From contig NJBF01000021.1 of NCBI GenBank assembly GCA_003144275.1, forward strand, positions 2,556 to 66,555: 64,000 nt of DNA, read 5' to 3'. Under the pieces are notes generated by a model. That model did not search any database. It saw only the letters and a program-made list of their open reading frames with translations, and had not been told where the DNA came from. This DNA is from Candidatus Heimdallarchaeota archaeon B3_Heim (GTDB taxonomy: Archaea > Asgardarchaeota > Heimdallarchaeia > Hodarchaeales > Hodarchaeaceae). Both the position numbers and the translations under genes were made by a program. Each line of letters opens with the position of its first letter. The stretch's first letter is position 1. This document shows, piece after piece, positions 9,411 through 18,626 of this stretch.

Positions 9411-10268
9411 CTAGATTTGACTAGTGGTTATTTCTTTCACTTTTCGATTTACTAGGAAATTCCCAAACCAAATGAGGATTATTGCAACAGCAAAGCAGAT
9501 AATCGGTAAGCGAAATAAGTAATCATTTTCAGGCTGAAGATACAATACTAAAAGTGTTGTTACAAGGCTAGGAAAGAATAAGTAGGCTCCAGTCCTAAGC
9601 AACCAGAATCCATTGGATCCATATCTAGGCATGTAATGTCTAGTTAGCCCTCCAAAGGTTGCAGCATCAGTGATGATATTTGTCATTGTTTCATCTGGTG
9701 GATGCCCATCTGGAAAGTGAACAAGAACCCGTTTAAACTTCTTTCGAAATATTCCGAAGGAGAGGATTTCAAAAAGACCAAAAAATATAGCTAACACGAA
9801 CTCAATCCCAAGAGCAACAGCAGGTATGATATAGGGTGCAAGGTATAGAATCAATAAAAATACTGCAACAATTACAATAAAGAGCACTAATGCTCCTGCG
9901 CTATCACTGTTGGAATCACAATCGCTATTGGAATTATATCCACTTCCTTGTGAGTTACAGCCGCGAGATGAAGACCTTCCAGTTCTCTTCCCAGATGAAC
10001 GAACTCTCCCCCGTCCTCCTGAGTAACTTGTTGATGAGGAACGAGTAGACCGACCACAGTTAATATCTCCACAATAATAATAACCCCGACAGCATACTTC
10101 ATCAACCATAGGTGCTCCTGATCCATCACCAAACTCCTGTACTTCTTGACGCGCACAAACTGTATCACGTGTTGCCAATGCCACCACATCAGCTTTTACA
10201 CGATGTTGCGCACATATTTCAGATATCGTATCAGCCGAAATACCATTGAATTCTACTTCCATGATCAA
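9411..10268 (-). CDS. Hypothetical membrane protein with a Cys-rich N-terminal domain and a Ser/Arg/Gly-rich low-complexity linker
   Basis: At 285 aa. The N-terminal 75 aa contain six Cys, including CCRGYYYCGDINCG. Then comes RSTRSSSTSYSGGRGRVRSSGKRTGRSSSRGCNSQGSGYNSNSDCDSNSDS. The C-terminal half has four hydrophobic helices. Confidence 0.45.
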   Translation of the reverse strand: MIMEVEFNGISADTISEICAQHRVKADVVALATRDTVCARQEVQEFGDGSGAPMVDEVCCRGYYYCGDINCGRSTRSSSTSYSGGRGRVRSSGKRTGRSSSRGCNSQGSGYNSNSDCDSNSDSAGALVLFIVIVAVFLLILYLAPYIIPAVALGIEFVLAIFFGLFEILSFGIFRKKFKRVLVHFPDGHPPDETMTNIITDAATFGGLTRHYMPRYGSNGFWLLRTGAYLFFPSLVTTLLVLYLQPENDYLFRLPIICFAVAIILIWFGNFLVNRKVKEITTSQI

Positions 10269-10349
10269 TCACCGTTGAATAAACAATAAAGAAATCTATC
10301 TCGGAATTCATGACTTGAGCCTATATAAAAAACTTGTGAAAGTGTAAAG

Positions 10350-11372
10350 TTAACTGAATTGACTCTTTAATTGCCGTAAGGCTTTGATTTCACCCAGAAT
10401 TAATAATTTTGATCCAGGATTGATTTTATCGTCCGATTCAGGATGTGGTTGTTTATCAATTGCAACTATTGTTATCTCGAATTGTCTCTCAACCTCTTCT
10501 ACTATAAGCGGGGAAACACGCTTAGTTGAAGATATTTCTATCTCCATCAAGTGTATATCACTTTTTCCTTTTTTGGATTTTAGAGTTTGAATTATTCCAT
10601 CTTCAAAGCTGGTGGCTACAAATGCAGGAGCAGCTATTGCACTTGTGCTTAGTGCTGCATCAATGTCAAATAACTCTGTAACCTTTTTGGAAAAAGCGAC
10701 ATCAAATGCTCTAATCACAGTACGTAAACTTGGATTCAATTCTTTTGCAATTGTGGCAATTTTAAAATTGACTAAATCATCATTTGTAACCGCAATCAGG
10801 GCACGTGCCTTCAGGACATTTGCTTTTTCTAATATCGGACGTTGAGTGGCATCTCCGAAAATTAAAGCTATAGAAGGATGTTCTAATAATTCATTTATCA
10901 ATTCTGACTTATCTTTCTCAAGAGTTATAACAGTCGTAGCTATTCCATCTTCTTTCAGCTCATTAACAATCCTACTCCCCACATTACCCAATCCAACCAA
11001 TATTGTGTGCCTTTCCATGTCATTTGCCAACCAATCATTCCAAGCTTCTAGTCGATACCTGTATGTGAAGACGATCAGTCCGAACTCAATTATCCCTATC
11101 CCTATCAGAACTAACCCTAAAAATGGATACACAATGTATAAAAGCTTTATAACTATATCTCCGGTATGAGGAAAAGTATACACTTCCATAGATAGCAACA
11201 AGGCAATAGTTGCTAATATATTATCAAGAATGGCTCCTGTATATTGCGAATCGAATGATGGAAGGTAATACCAGTGAAATAAAAGGCTTCCCAAGGTGAT
11301 AGTTCCTAGAAGAAGGAGGAATGCAGATTTTAGCTGCTTAAAAGCCAAAATAATCGAGCGAATCTTTTTCAC
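10350..11372 (-). CDS. RCK/TrkA-N domain membrane protein (K+ channel-like architecture, but without a canonical selectivity filter)
   Basis: Two N-terminal transmembrane helices are followed by a Rossmann-like TrkA-N domain (ILVGLGNVGSRIVNEL) and a TrkA-C-like end. I see no TVGYGD filter. The corresponding region reads YTFPHTGD. Confidence 0.6.
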   Translation of the reverse strand: MKKIRSIILAFKQLKSAFLLLLGTITLGSLLFHWYYLPSFDSQYTGAILDNILATIALLLSMEVYTFPHTGDIVIKLLYIVYPFLGLVLIGIGIIEFGLIVFTYRYRLEAWNDWLANDMERHTILVGLGNVGSRIVNELKEDGIATTVITLEKDKSELINELLEHPSIALIFGDATQRPILEKANVLKARALIAVTNDDLVNFKIATIAKELNPSLRTVIRAFDVAFSKKVTELFDIDAALSTSAIAAPAFVATSFEDGIIQTLKSKKGKSDIHLMEIEISSTKRVSPLIVEEVERQFEITIVAIDKQPHPESDDKINPGSKLLILGEIKALRQLKSQFS

Positions 11373-11493
11373 AGGAAGAAGGGATAAAAAGCTGTTTATT
11401 ATCTTTTATGGTAAATTACTTCTATTCATCCTGTTGAAAATCCTTTTCGAAATCGAAATTATCAAATTCCAAGAGAGATAACTTTGGAGACGA

Positions 11494-12345
11494 GTGAAAG
11501 AGATGCGAAGAATTGTAATAGGAGGTAATTGGAAAATGCAAATTACTTCTAATAATGAGGCGGTAAGAATTGCCGACGACATTGCCCAAGGCTTATCTAC
11601 TATGTCAAATGTGGATGTATTTATTGCCCCATCTTTTACTGAATTGTATTCAGTGAGTAAAGCGATTAAAGACACTCATTTAATGTTAGCAGGACAGAAT
11701 ATGTATTATCACGAGAAAGGAGCTTTCACTGGTCAAATATCGGTTCTATCATTAAAAGAGTTATGTCAGTTTGTGATTTTAGGACATTCTGAACCCCGAC
11801 GGATCTTCGGAGAAACCGATGATTTGATTCGTCTGAAACTTCTGAAAGCTCTTGAAAGCGGGTTAACACCTGTCTTATGTCTAGGAGAAACGGCTAAAGA
11901 GCGTGAAGGTGGAAAAGCACAAGAAATCCTACATCAACAGCTTGCTGGGAGCTTAAAAGGGTTAGAAATAAATCAAATGAAGGAAATTGTAATTGCTTAC
12001 GAACCTGTTTGGGCTATAAATAACAAATTCCTAAATCCTGATACTAAAATCCGACCTGCTACCCCCGTCGAAGCTAATGAAGCCCATACTATTATTCGAG
12101 AATGGCTTAACAATGAATTTGGTGCGCCAACTGCTGAAGAAATTTCAATCATCTATGGAGGCAGTATGAATGCACAGAATGCTAAAGAATTGCTAAACTT
12201 AGAACAAATTGATGGAGGGTTGATAGGAGGGGCTTCTTTATCAGCAGAAAAGTTTTTACCAATTATTAGGATCGCTGCTCAACTTTCGGAGAATCAATCA
12301 GCTGATTATAGATGGGAAAACAATACTTTGCGCTTTGATGAGTAA
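11494..12345 (+). CDS. tpiA: Triosephosphate isomerase, long bacterial/eukaryotic-type form
   Basis: Catalytic Lys (GGNWKMQ), His (ILGHSEPRR) and Glu (IAYEPVWAI) are all present. At 283 aa it is well beyond the roughly 225 aa typical of archaeal TIM. Confidence 0.85.
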   Translation: MKEMRRIVIGGNWKMQITSNNEAVRIADDIAQGLSTMSNVDVFIAPSFTELYSVSKAIKDTHLMLAGQNMYYHEKGAFTGQISVLSLKELCQFVILGHSEPRRIFGETDDLIRLKLLKALESGLTPVLCLGETAKEREGGKAQEILHQQLAGSLKGLEINQMKEIVIAYEPVWAINNKFLNPDTKIRPATPVEANEAHTIIREWLNNEFGAPTAEEISIIYGGSMNAQNAKELLNLEQIDGGLIGGASLSAEKFLPIIRIAAQLSENQSADYRWENNTLRFDE

Positions 12346-12477
12346 AATCAATCTTCCTTAATATCACGGAAGGATTTCAAAACAACGATTATTTACTGAA
12401 TGCATTTTTATAGAAGTCTTTCCCAGTTAGTAATTCATCTGAGTCATGTCCTGACTCGATAATAAAATGAAAAAATA

Positions 12478-12693
12478 GTGATAAAAATGGAATCGACATA
12501 TAAATTAATTACTTTAGTGGGTAGTAGCCCTAACAGCTTCGAAGAGGCAATTCAAAATGCAGTAGCTGATGCAGGAAAATCTCTTCGTGATCTACGGATT
12601 GCTTCGGTTGAAAAACAAGATTGTAAGATTGAAAATGGGAAAATTGTAGCTTACAGAGTTAGGTTTACGCTTTCTTTCAAGTATGAGGTTTAA
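12478..12693 (+). CDS. Dodecin-family small flavin-binding protein
   Basis: At 71 aa. YKLITLVGSSPNSFEEAIQNAVADAGKSLRDLRIASVEKQDCKIENGKIVAYRVRFTLSF matches the dodecin pattern I remember (KxIExxGxSxxSxEDAxxxAxxxAxxTxxxxxxxEVxE...Y.V.V.F). Confidence 0.55.
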   Translation: MIKMESTYKLITLVGSSPNSFEEAIQNAVADAGKSLRDLRIASVEKQDCKIENGKIVAYRVRFTLSFKYEV

Positions 12694-12736
12694 AATCCTC
12701 ATTTCTCCAATTTTTACTTTTTTTACACATAGACGA

Positions 12737-14056
12737 TTATCTATATGCCTTTTTTATGAAAATTATCCCACCTATCACGAAAATCAATGAACCACTTGTT
12801 ATTAGTAAAGCTATATCAAAAATAAACCCTATTGGTTCAGAATTAAGGATCATGATTTTTCTCAGTGCTTCTCCGATGCAGAAAAAGGGATTTAGATGCC
12901 ATAATTGAATATCTCCAATTAATGCAATATGCAGAAGAGGGATAAAATTACCTGTCAAGAATGTTAAAGGAATCGCTATGATGCTCGGTAGGTAAGTTGC
13001 CATTTGTCCATCTGTTGAAGCGGCAATAGCTAAGCTAATACCAAGAAGGGGTAGAACTGCGAAAACACTGATCACCAATATTAATATTCCTTGAAGATCT
13101 CCCTGAACTGGAAAATTAAGTAAGGTAAATAAAATTATTATTACAATAGTCATTGTAGAAAGGGTGGTCACAAGCTGTGTTAATGATAGGCCACTGAAAA
13201 AGCTCCGAACATGGAAATTTCCTAATTTGAGCCTATCGATAGTTCCACGTTCTCTTTCGTAACCAACAATTCCAGATATTCCAGTACTTGATGAAATTAA
13301 AACAAAAACTAATAATGCGGGAGCAAAGATTTCAAACTCCGAAAATGAAAGAGCTGTAATAGATTCATGTTCAATATCGAGGATTTTGTTAGATGGTATT
13401 CCCGAGATCCAGTAATGATCCAAGTATAATTGTAGCATTCCCTCTAATAGGATAGATGCCTCGGAAAAACGAGCGTATGAATAATCCCCTATTAATTCAA
13501 CATTTGTTTCGGTGTAATAATACTCAGACATGTTTAGAATTGCGTGATTTTCGCTTACGTTAATTCGATGGTTTAACCCTGATAGTAAAGCCTTAGAAAA
13601 ATCATTTGGCAGAATAAAACATAGGCTGATGAATCGACTTTGAACGGCTTCACTGGCTTTTTCAAGAGTTGAAAATTGTATGATTTCGAATCTATGCTGC
13701 TCTGTGGAGGGTAATAGTCGATCGGAGTAGTTAATATTGTCTATAAATTCATTCCCAAATCCACCGTTTAGTGGATCTCCGAAAAGTCCAATTTCATGTA
13801 TAGCTAGTTGAAATTGTTCTTTAATTTCGGAATTTAATGGTACGACCTGATCCATATTAATAACACCAAGAGTGTAGATATCACCCGAATCTCCTACAAT
13901 CACGAAAGAGCTCTCATCTCCATAAAGTAATGCCATCCCCACAATGAAAATAATTGGTAAAATAAAAATAACTCCAACTCTTTCAATGTTCCTGAAAATT
14001 TGTTTCAGACATTTTACTGTATATACTAGGGTGAGATTCATCGTTAATTCCTCCAA
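12737..14056 (-). CDS. ABC-2 family exporter permease
   Basis: At 439 aa: an N-terminal transmembrane helix, a roughly 200-aa extracytoplasmic domain, then five C-terminal transmembrane helices. It overlaps the upstream permease by 13 nt. Confidence 0.6.
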   Translation of the reverse strand: MEELTMNLTLVYTVKCLKQIFRNIERVGVIFILPIIFIVGMALLYGDESSFVIVGDSGDIYTLGVINMDQVVPLNSEIKEQFQLAIHEIGLFGDPLNGGFGNEFIDNINYSDRLLPSTEQHRFEIIQFSTLEKASEAVQSRFISLCFILPNDFSKALLSGLNHRINVSENHAILNMSEYYYTETNVELIGDYSYARFSEASILLEGMLQLYLDHYWISGIPSNKILDIEHESITALSFSEFEIFAPALLVFVLISSSTGISGIVGYERERGTIDRLKLGNFHVRSFFSGLSLTQLVTTLSTMTIVIIILFTLLNFPVQGDLQGILILVISVFAVLPLLGISLAIAASTDGQMATYLPSIIAIPLTFLTGNFIPLLHIALIGDIQLWHLNPFFCIGEALRKIMILNSEPIGFIFDIALLITSGSLIFVIGGIIFIKKAYR

Positions 14057-15423
14057 AATCTGAAATAGCTAAAAAATGAGACAGAAAAAATGAAATACCC
14101 TAATGAAAGGAGTAAACTCATTAAAATATCTGGGAAAACTTGTGATATATTGAAGTTGTATAGTAAAACCTGTCGAAGAGCAGAAACAGTATGGGTTAAT
14201 GGCAGAAAATCCCAGATGAGAAAATCTCTTGCAATACCACTAGCAGTAGGTATAAATTTTTTGACTATCACAATTTGGGGTACTTCTATGAAGGCACCAC
14301 TCATAAAACCGAGGAAAGGACCTCCAAACCCTAATATCGTCCCAACTACGTCCTCATTAGAAAAAACTGCTGTCGTTAAATAAATGAGAGATGCAGAAAA
14401 TGGAAGTATTGTTAGAGAAATAAAATATGCTAAGATTATATCTCCCATTGGTTGGAATCCCATCAGTAGACTACTGACAAAAAGTAAAAACGCTTGACCA
14501 ATAATTACTGGAATTTGGATAATGAAGGTCCCAAGAATGTATGTTGTCGCAGTGGAGGAAGATAAACGAATTAAATCAAATGTACGATTATTTGATCGAA
14601 ACTCCATACAGAAAAAGAGTGAAATTAACGATGGTTGGATGATTATACCAAATGCTATAAGTCCTGGAATCGAAAGACCAAACAGTGAATAGGTTGGTAT
14701 CGAGACACTTATCTCCTCATTCATGGTGAATGTAATGCTACCTCCTGGTCCTTTGAATACGGCTGCAAGATCCAGATATCCGTCTATAACATTGATTAGA
14801 ATTGTATTCGCTATCTGGTAGTTTAGATAGCCTTCATCACCTTTTATTAAGATATTATCTGTTATATTTACAGGAAAGTCTGGTAGGGTAGGATCGACTG
14901 ATTGGAGATTCTCGTGCAAGTACAAACCATATGTGTTCTTCCAGTATTGATTTAGAAGTTCCAACGAAGCATTTGAAAATTGCTGGGGAAGAACCAAGAC
15001 TATATCCACCTTTCTATCCCTTAGATCCGACTCTGCTTGATCTTCACTTGTAAATTCGATGATTTCGAAGATTAGAGATGAGCTCGATTGATTACTATAA
15101 GTTAAATTTGTTAAAATACTGATGAATTCGTTTCCAAAACCTTCCGTAAGAACATTCCCAGAATGAAATTGGTCAAAAGTCCAATTTCCCATAAGTGTTT
15201 CATTTTGGAAAATTGTTTGTATTTCTAAAGGAATACCTTCATCTTGGTTAAGGATTCCCAATATAAAGGTCTGATTTTCACCTATTGGTGATGCTGAGAA
15301 ACCAAACCAGTACAAACCGATAAAAAAGACCGGAAATATAATTAAATATGGGATAGTCCATTTACTACGAATTAACTGCAATCCTATTCTTTGTGAAATA
15401 CCTAGTATCTGTCTTAGCGACAT
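14044..15423 (-). CDS. ABC-2 family exporter permease (second subunit)
   Basis: At 459 aa with the same architecture as the downstream permease. It follows the ABC ATPase after an 11-nt gap. Confidence 0.6.
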   Translation of the reverse strand: MSLRQILGISQRIGLQLIRSKWTIPYLIIFPVFFIGLYWFGFSASPIGENQTFILGILNQDEGIPLEIQTIFQNETLMGNWTFDQFHSGNVLTEGFGNEFISILTNLTYSNQSSSSLIFEIIEFTSEDQAESDLRDRKVDIVLVLPQQFSNASLELLNQYWKNTYGLYLHENLQSVDPTLPDFPVNITDNILIKGDEGYLNYQIANTILINVIDGYLDLAAVFKGPGGSITFTMNEEISVSIPTYSLFGLSIPGLIAFGIIIQPSLISLFFCMEFRSNNRTFDLIRLSSSTATTYILGTFIIQIPVIIGQAFLLFVSSLLMGFQPMGDIILAYFISLTILPFSASLIYLTTAVFSNEDVVGTILGFGGPFLGFMSGAFIEVPQIVIVKKFIPTASGIARDFLIWDFLPLTHTVSALRQVLLYNFNISQVFPDILMSLLLSLGYFIFSVSFFSYFRFWRN

Positions 15424-15434
15424 TTTTCTTTCTC

Positions 15435-16424
15435 CTAGGATCGTAAGCGTCGGCCTGTCAAATTAATAAACACATCTTCAAGTGTTGTCCCCCTTAGGGA
15501 AAGATTACCTACTTTAAAGTTTTGCTTTTCAATGAAAGCAAGAATTCTACTCAATTTCGGGATGAGATCCAGGGCACGAATTGTAAGAGAATTTTGGGAT
15601 ATGGTGATATCTTCAATTGGGAGGGGTGGCTCTAGAGCTGCCAATTTGGCAGCTAAGGGTTTCAATTTCTTTTCTCGCGGTTGACCTGCAAGCTCTATTT
15701 CAACGAGATCTCCCTCCCCGATAGATGACTTCAACTTCTTAGGTGTGTCAAGAACAAGAATCTTCCCATTATCAATAATTGCTACACGATTCGAGAGTTT
15801 ATCTGCTTCTTCCATATAATGAGTTGTTAAAATGACTGTTTTTCCTTGGTTTGGGAGGTTACGTATGAAATCCCATACTGCAACTCGTGATTGGGGGTCT
15901 AAACCGGGAGTTGGTTCATCACATAGCACTATTTTCGGATCATGAACTAGTGCTAAGATTAAATTCAATCTACGTTTCTGACCTCCTGATAAATTTTTGA
16001 TTATAGTCTTTCGTTTTTCTTCCAACCCAATCTGGGAAATAAGTGAGTCGATTCGTTCCTTTGCCAATTTTTTCGGGATGTCATATATTTTCGCTAAGAA
16101 CCATAGATTTTCCTCAACAGTTAAATCTTCATAGAACGTAGGAGTCTGAGGAATTATACCTAATACGTTTTTAAGTGATTTATCCTTTTTGTGGGGATTC
16201 TTTCCTAAGATAGTGACTTCACCTGCATCTGGACGTAATAAGCCTACAATCATCCGGAGACTAGTCGTCTTTCCCGCTCCATTCGGTCCAAGAAATCCGA
16301 ATATTTCTTGATCGTAAATATCAAAGCTGATCCCTTGAACGGCATGAACTTTGTTTTTACCTTTACCAAATGTTTTTTTAAGAGCTTTAACTTCTATTAT
16401 TTTCTTCAACTGAGTCACTCCCAA
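15435..16424 (-). CDS. ABC transporter ATP-binding protein (ABC-2 / daunorubicin-type exporter ATPase)
   Basis: Walker A GPNGAGKTT, signature LSGGQKRRL, Walker B IVLCDEPTPGLD, H-loop TTHYMEEA. Confidence 0.85.
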   Translation of the reverse strand: MGVTQLKKIIEVKALKKTFGKGKNKVHAVQGISFDIYDQEIFGFLGPNGAGKTTSLRMIVGLLRPDAGEVTILGKNPHKKDKSLKNVLGIIPQTPTFYEDLTVEENLWFLAKIYDIPKKLAKERIDSLISQIGLEEKRKTIIKNLSGGQKRRLNLILALVHDPKIVLCDEPTPGLDPQSRVAVWDFIRNLPNQGKTVILTTHYMEEADKLSNRVAIIDNGKILVLDTPKKLKSSIGEGDLVEIELAGQPREKKLKPLAAKLAALEPPLPIEDITISQNSLTIRALDLIPKLSRILAFIEKQNFKVGNLSLRGTTLEDVFINLTGRRLRS

Positions 16425-16932
16425 TTTTATCCTTTAGATATTGAAGTCCATATTCTAAGGATTCATTATAGATCTGAATTCCAAAATTTTGTATCTGAAC
16501 AGCGGTAAATAATTCAGGATCAGAGTTCTCAACCTCTGAAGATTGGAGATCTGCAAGCATATCCATCATCCTTACATTTATATCGATAAATCTCTGGAAC
16601 ATTAGCTCTAACAAAGAAGCATCATCAGCAACATGATAAAAATAACCCAGTTTGTGAGTTCCTCGTTTGATCAGTGTTCCATACTGAACATTGAGTTTAA
16701 TTGCCCTATTAACCGATGCTATTGATGTTGGATAATCTGATTCGTTACCAAATAACTCCTTTAGTCTTTTTGAAATTGTTACTTGAGTCCAATCATCTCG
16801 TTGCTCAAGCCATAAGAGCGCGTCAATGTATCCTGACAAACCAGGTAGACCATATCCTTGCCAGTATTCCGCTAAAATAGTGAAGAAAGATTTTCTCTGA
16901 AGACTGATTTTGGGGTTGTCATTGGAATCCAT
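16387..16932 (-). CDS. Putative winged-helix transcriptional regulator, first gene of the ABC-2 exporter operon
   Basis: At 181 aa. It has an HTH-like segment (VTISKRLKELFG...SIASVNRAIKLNVQYGTLIKRGTHKLGYFY). Its 3' end overlaps the ATPase start by 38 nt. Confidence 0.4.
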   Translation of the reverse strand: MDSNDNPKISLQRKSFFTILAEYWQGYGLPGLSGYIDALLWLEQRDDWTQVTISKRLKELFGNESDYPTSIASVNRAIKLNVQYGTLIKRGTHKLGYFYHVADDASLLELMFQRFIDINVRMMDMLADLQSSEVENSDPELFTAVQIQNFGIQIYNESLEYGLQYLKDKIGSDSVEENNRS

Positions 16933-16961
16933 TGGATATCAAATGAGGAGGGAACATGCGC

Positions 16962-16999
16962 ATATTTAAAATTTCGGAAGTATGAAATTCTGAATTTCA
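16962..16999 (-). promoter_or_regulatory. TATA-like element plus a perfect palindrome upstream of the regulator gene. This is a candidate promoter and operator.
   Basis: On the minus strand, tttaaata lies about 30 nt upstream of the start codon at 16932. Immediately upstream of that is the palindrome TGAAATTCTGAATTTCA (16983-16999, 7-bp arms). Confidence 0.3.
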
Positions 17000-17055
17000 G
17001 AAAAGTGAAATGGTAGAACATTGTTTTGAATTGAAAATTAACAATAAAATAGATA

Positions 17056-17844
17056 TTATTGAAGTAAAAAAGAGTCAACTGCTGACATATATTTATCAAA
17101 GCCTAAATATAAGAGATCATTATGCCCTGCATTAGGAATAATAACCAATTCCTTTTCTTTACTTGAACAATTTTCATAGAGAGCATAACCGTTATTCGCA
17201 GGAATAATAAAGTCTTCCTCACCATGAATAATTAATGTTGGTATGGTGATTTTATTCATGAGGGGAAGAGGGGAAGATTCTGATTCTTTATCCTCAGGTA
17301 GGAGTTTTTTGGGTATTCCTAGTCTTTGTAGTAGCTCATAAGTGTATGCAAATCCGCTTTCCACGATTAGACCTGAAATCTCGCTTTGATAACAGCTGGC
17401 GAGCTCGATTGCAGATGCACTCCCCAGTGATCTCCCCATGACAAATAAGGGGCCACTATATCCATTTTTGTCCAGATAGGCTCTTAGTTGTTGGAAGATT
17501 TTATGGGAATCGTTAAACATACTTGAAAAAGTTGGTTCGCCTCCACTCTGCCCATATCCTCTATAATCCATCACACAAATATTTATTCCACGTTTCTGAA
17601 ATTCTGGGCCTAAATCATGGTAATCTTGGGCGATTTCACCATTTCCATGAAAGAATAGTAGTGTTGGTGCCTGTTTGGAGGCTTCATGTAGGAATCCGCA
17701 AATCTTGATGCTCTCTTCAACACTAAAGCACACTGAATAACGATTCTTGATGTCTTCAGGTGTGGATGGTGCTTTTCGAGGATGAAAAACCATTTGATTA
17801 ATGAATGGCAAATCTAAAAATGATAGATCTCTAGTGTTGTTCAT
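17056..17844 (-). CDS. Alpha/beta hydrolase fold serine hydrolase
   Basis: GxSxG nucleophile elbow (GRSLGSA) and catalytic Asp/His region (HGEEDFIIP...AGHND). Confidence 0.7.
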   Translation of the reverse strand: MNNTRDLSFLDLPFINQMVFHPRKAPSTPEDIKNRYSVCFSVEESIKICGFLHEASKQAPTLLFFHGNGEIAQDYHDLGPEFQKRGINICVMDYRGYGQSGGEPTFSSMFNDSHKIFQQLRAYLDKNGYSGPLFVMGRSLGSASAIELASCYQSEISGLIVESGFAYTYELLQRLGIPKKLLPEDKESESSPLPLMNKITIPTLIIHGEEDFIIPANNGYALYENCSSKEKELVIIPNAGHNDLLYLGFDKYMSAVDSFLLQ

Positions 17845-17866
17845 AAGTGTTTACCATCATCACGTA

Positions 17867-18598
17867 TTATGACATAGGTACGAAACTAGTTAATATAGAG
17901 AATACTCCGAACATAATTGGAACATATACAACGATAGAGGCAACAAGATCCCATATGTAATGCTCTCCAAGGTAAATCACTGAGAAACAAAAGAAAGTGC
18001 CTAATAGAAGAAAAAACACAATTCCTGCAGTCCAAACCCACCAAGGTGATGTCAAACCAATGAAATAACACAAGATAGCTCCAGCCATCATTAATCCCAA
18101 GTGATTCGACGGTAAACCATTATATAACAGCCCATTTACGTTATCGGATTGTTTAAATTGTTCGAGTCGTAAAGGAATGATCGGAAGATCACGACCAAAA
18201 GCATCCCATCTATTAGGAACAATCACAGGATAAAGAAACTGGATAGTCATACTTGTACCCCATGATAGGATAACAGGAAGACCATATCGCCACGCCTGAT
18301 CCCCCTGAAGACCACAAATATAAACTTCGATGACAACAGTTATTGTGAAAGCCCAAAGCCAAAGTTGCATTGTAAGAAAATCAAGAATCTTTGTCATTCT
18401 CTCGTTGGTTCTCAGTTTCTTTTGCAGATATTGAGTAGGTTTAGGAGAAAAGAATTTTGCCCTTTTGTGAACTTTATCGGGAGTTTGCCACCACCGGGCC
18501 GAGATCCATAAAATTAGCATACCAATGGTTACAAGTAGTAAAAAAACATTGAGAGGGGTAGCAAAGGCTTCTTCGTACGCGGCTAAGATATTGTCCAT
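17867..18598 (-). CDS. PAP2-like (acid phosphatase / phosphatidic acid phosphatase type 2 superfamily) membrane protein, tentative
   Basis: Six transmembrane helices. PSNH and a later HxxxD (GEHYIWD) resemble PAP2 motifs 2 and 3. I could not place motif 1 clearly. Confidence 0.4.
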   Translation of the reverse strand: MDNILAAYEEAFATPLNVFLLLVTIGMLILWISARWWQTPDKVHKRAKFFSPKPTQYLQKKLRTNERMTKILDFLTMQLWLWAFTITVVIEVYICGLQGDQAWRYGLPVILSWGTSMTIQFLYPVIVPNRWDAFGRDLPIIPLRLEQFKQSDNVNGLLYNGLPSNHLGLMMAGAILCYFIGLTSPWWVWTAGIVFFLLLGTFFCFSVIYLGEHYIWDLVASIVVYVPIMFGVFSILTSFVPMS

Positions 18599-18626
18599 GA
18601 TAACAACCCTGTATTAAAAAAATAAT

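Noticed and set aside
9887-10189. 100-aa ORF inside the 9411..10268 gene, on the same strand in another frame.
   Set aside because: It is generated by the reverse complement and alternate frame of the Ser/Arg/Gly-rich repeat. It has no independent support.
10350-11372. Calling this a bona fide MthK-like potassium channel.
   Set aside because: I could not find a TVGYGD-type selectivity filter between the two N-terminal helices, so I describe it only as an RCK-domain membrane protein.
10384-11481. Four plus-strand ORFs (10384..10590, 10612..10845, 10846..11169, 11296..11481) antisense to the RCK-domain gene.
   Set aside because: They lie entirely within or across the well-supported minus-strand gene. 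They have low-complexity, hydrophobic or odd composition and no motifs. They are typical shadow ORFs of an AT-rich genome.
14090-14383. 97-aa plus-strand ORF inside the ABC-2 permease gene.
   Set aside because: It is antisense to the permease coding sequence and has no motifs. It is a shadow ORF.
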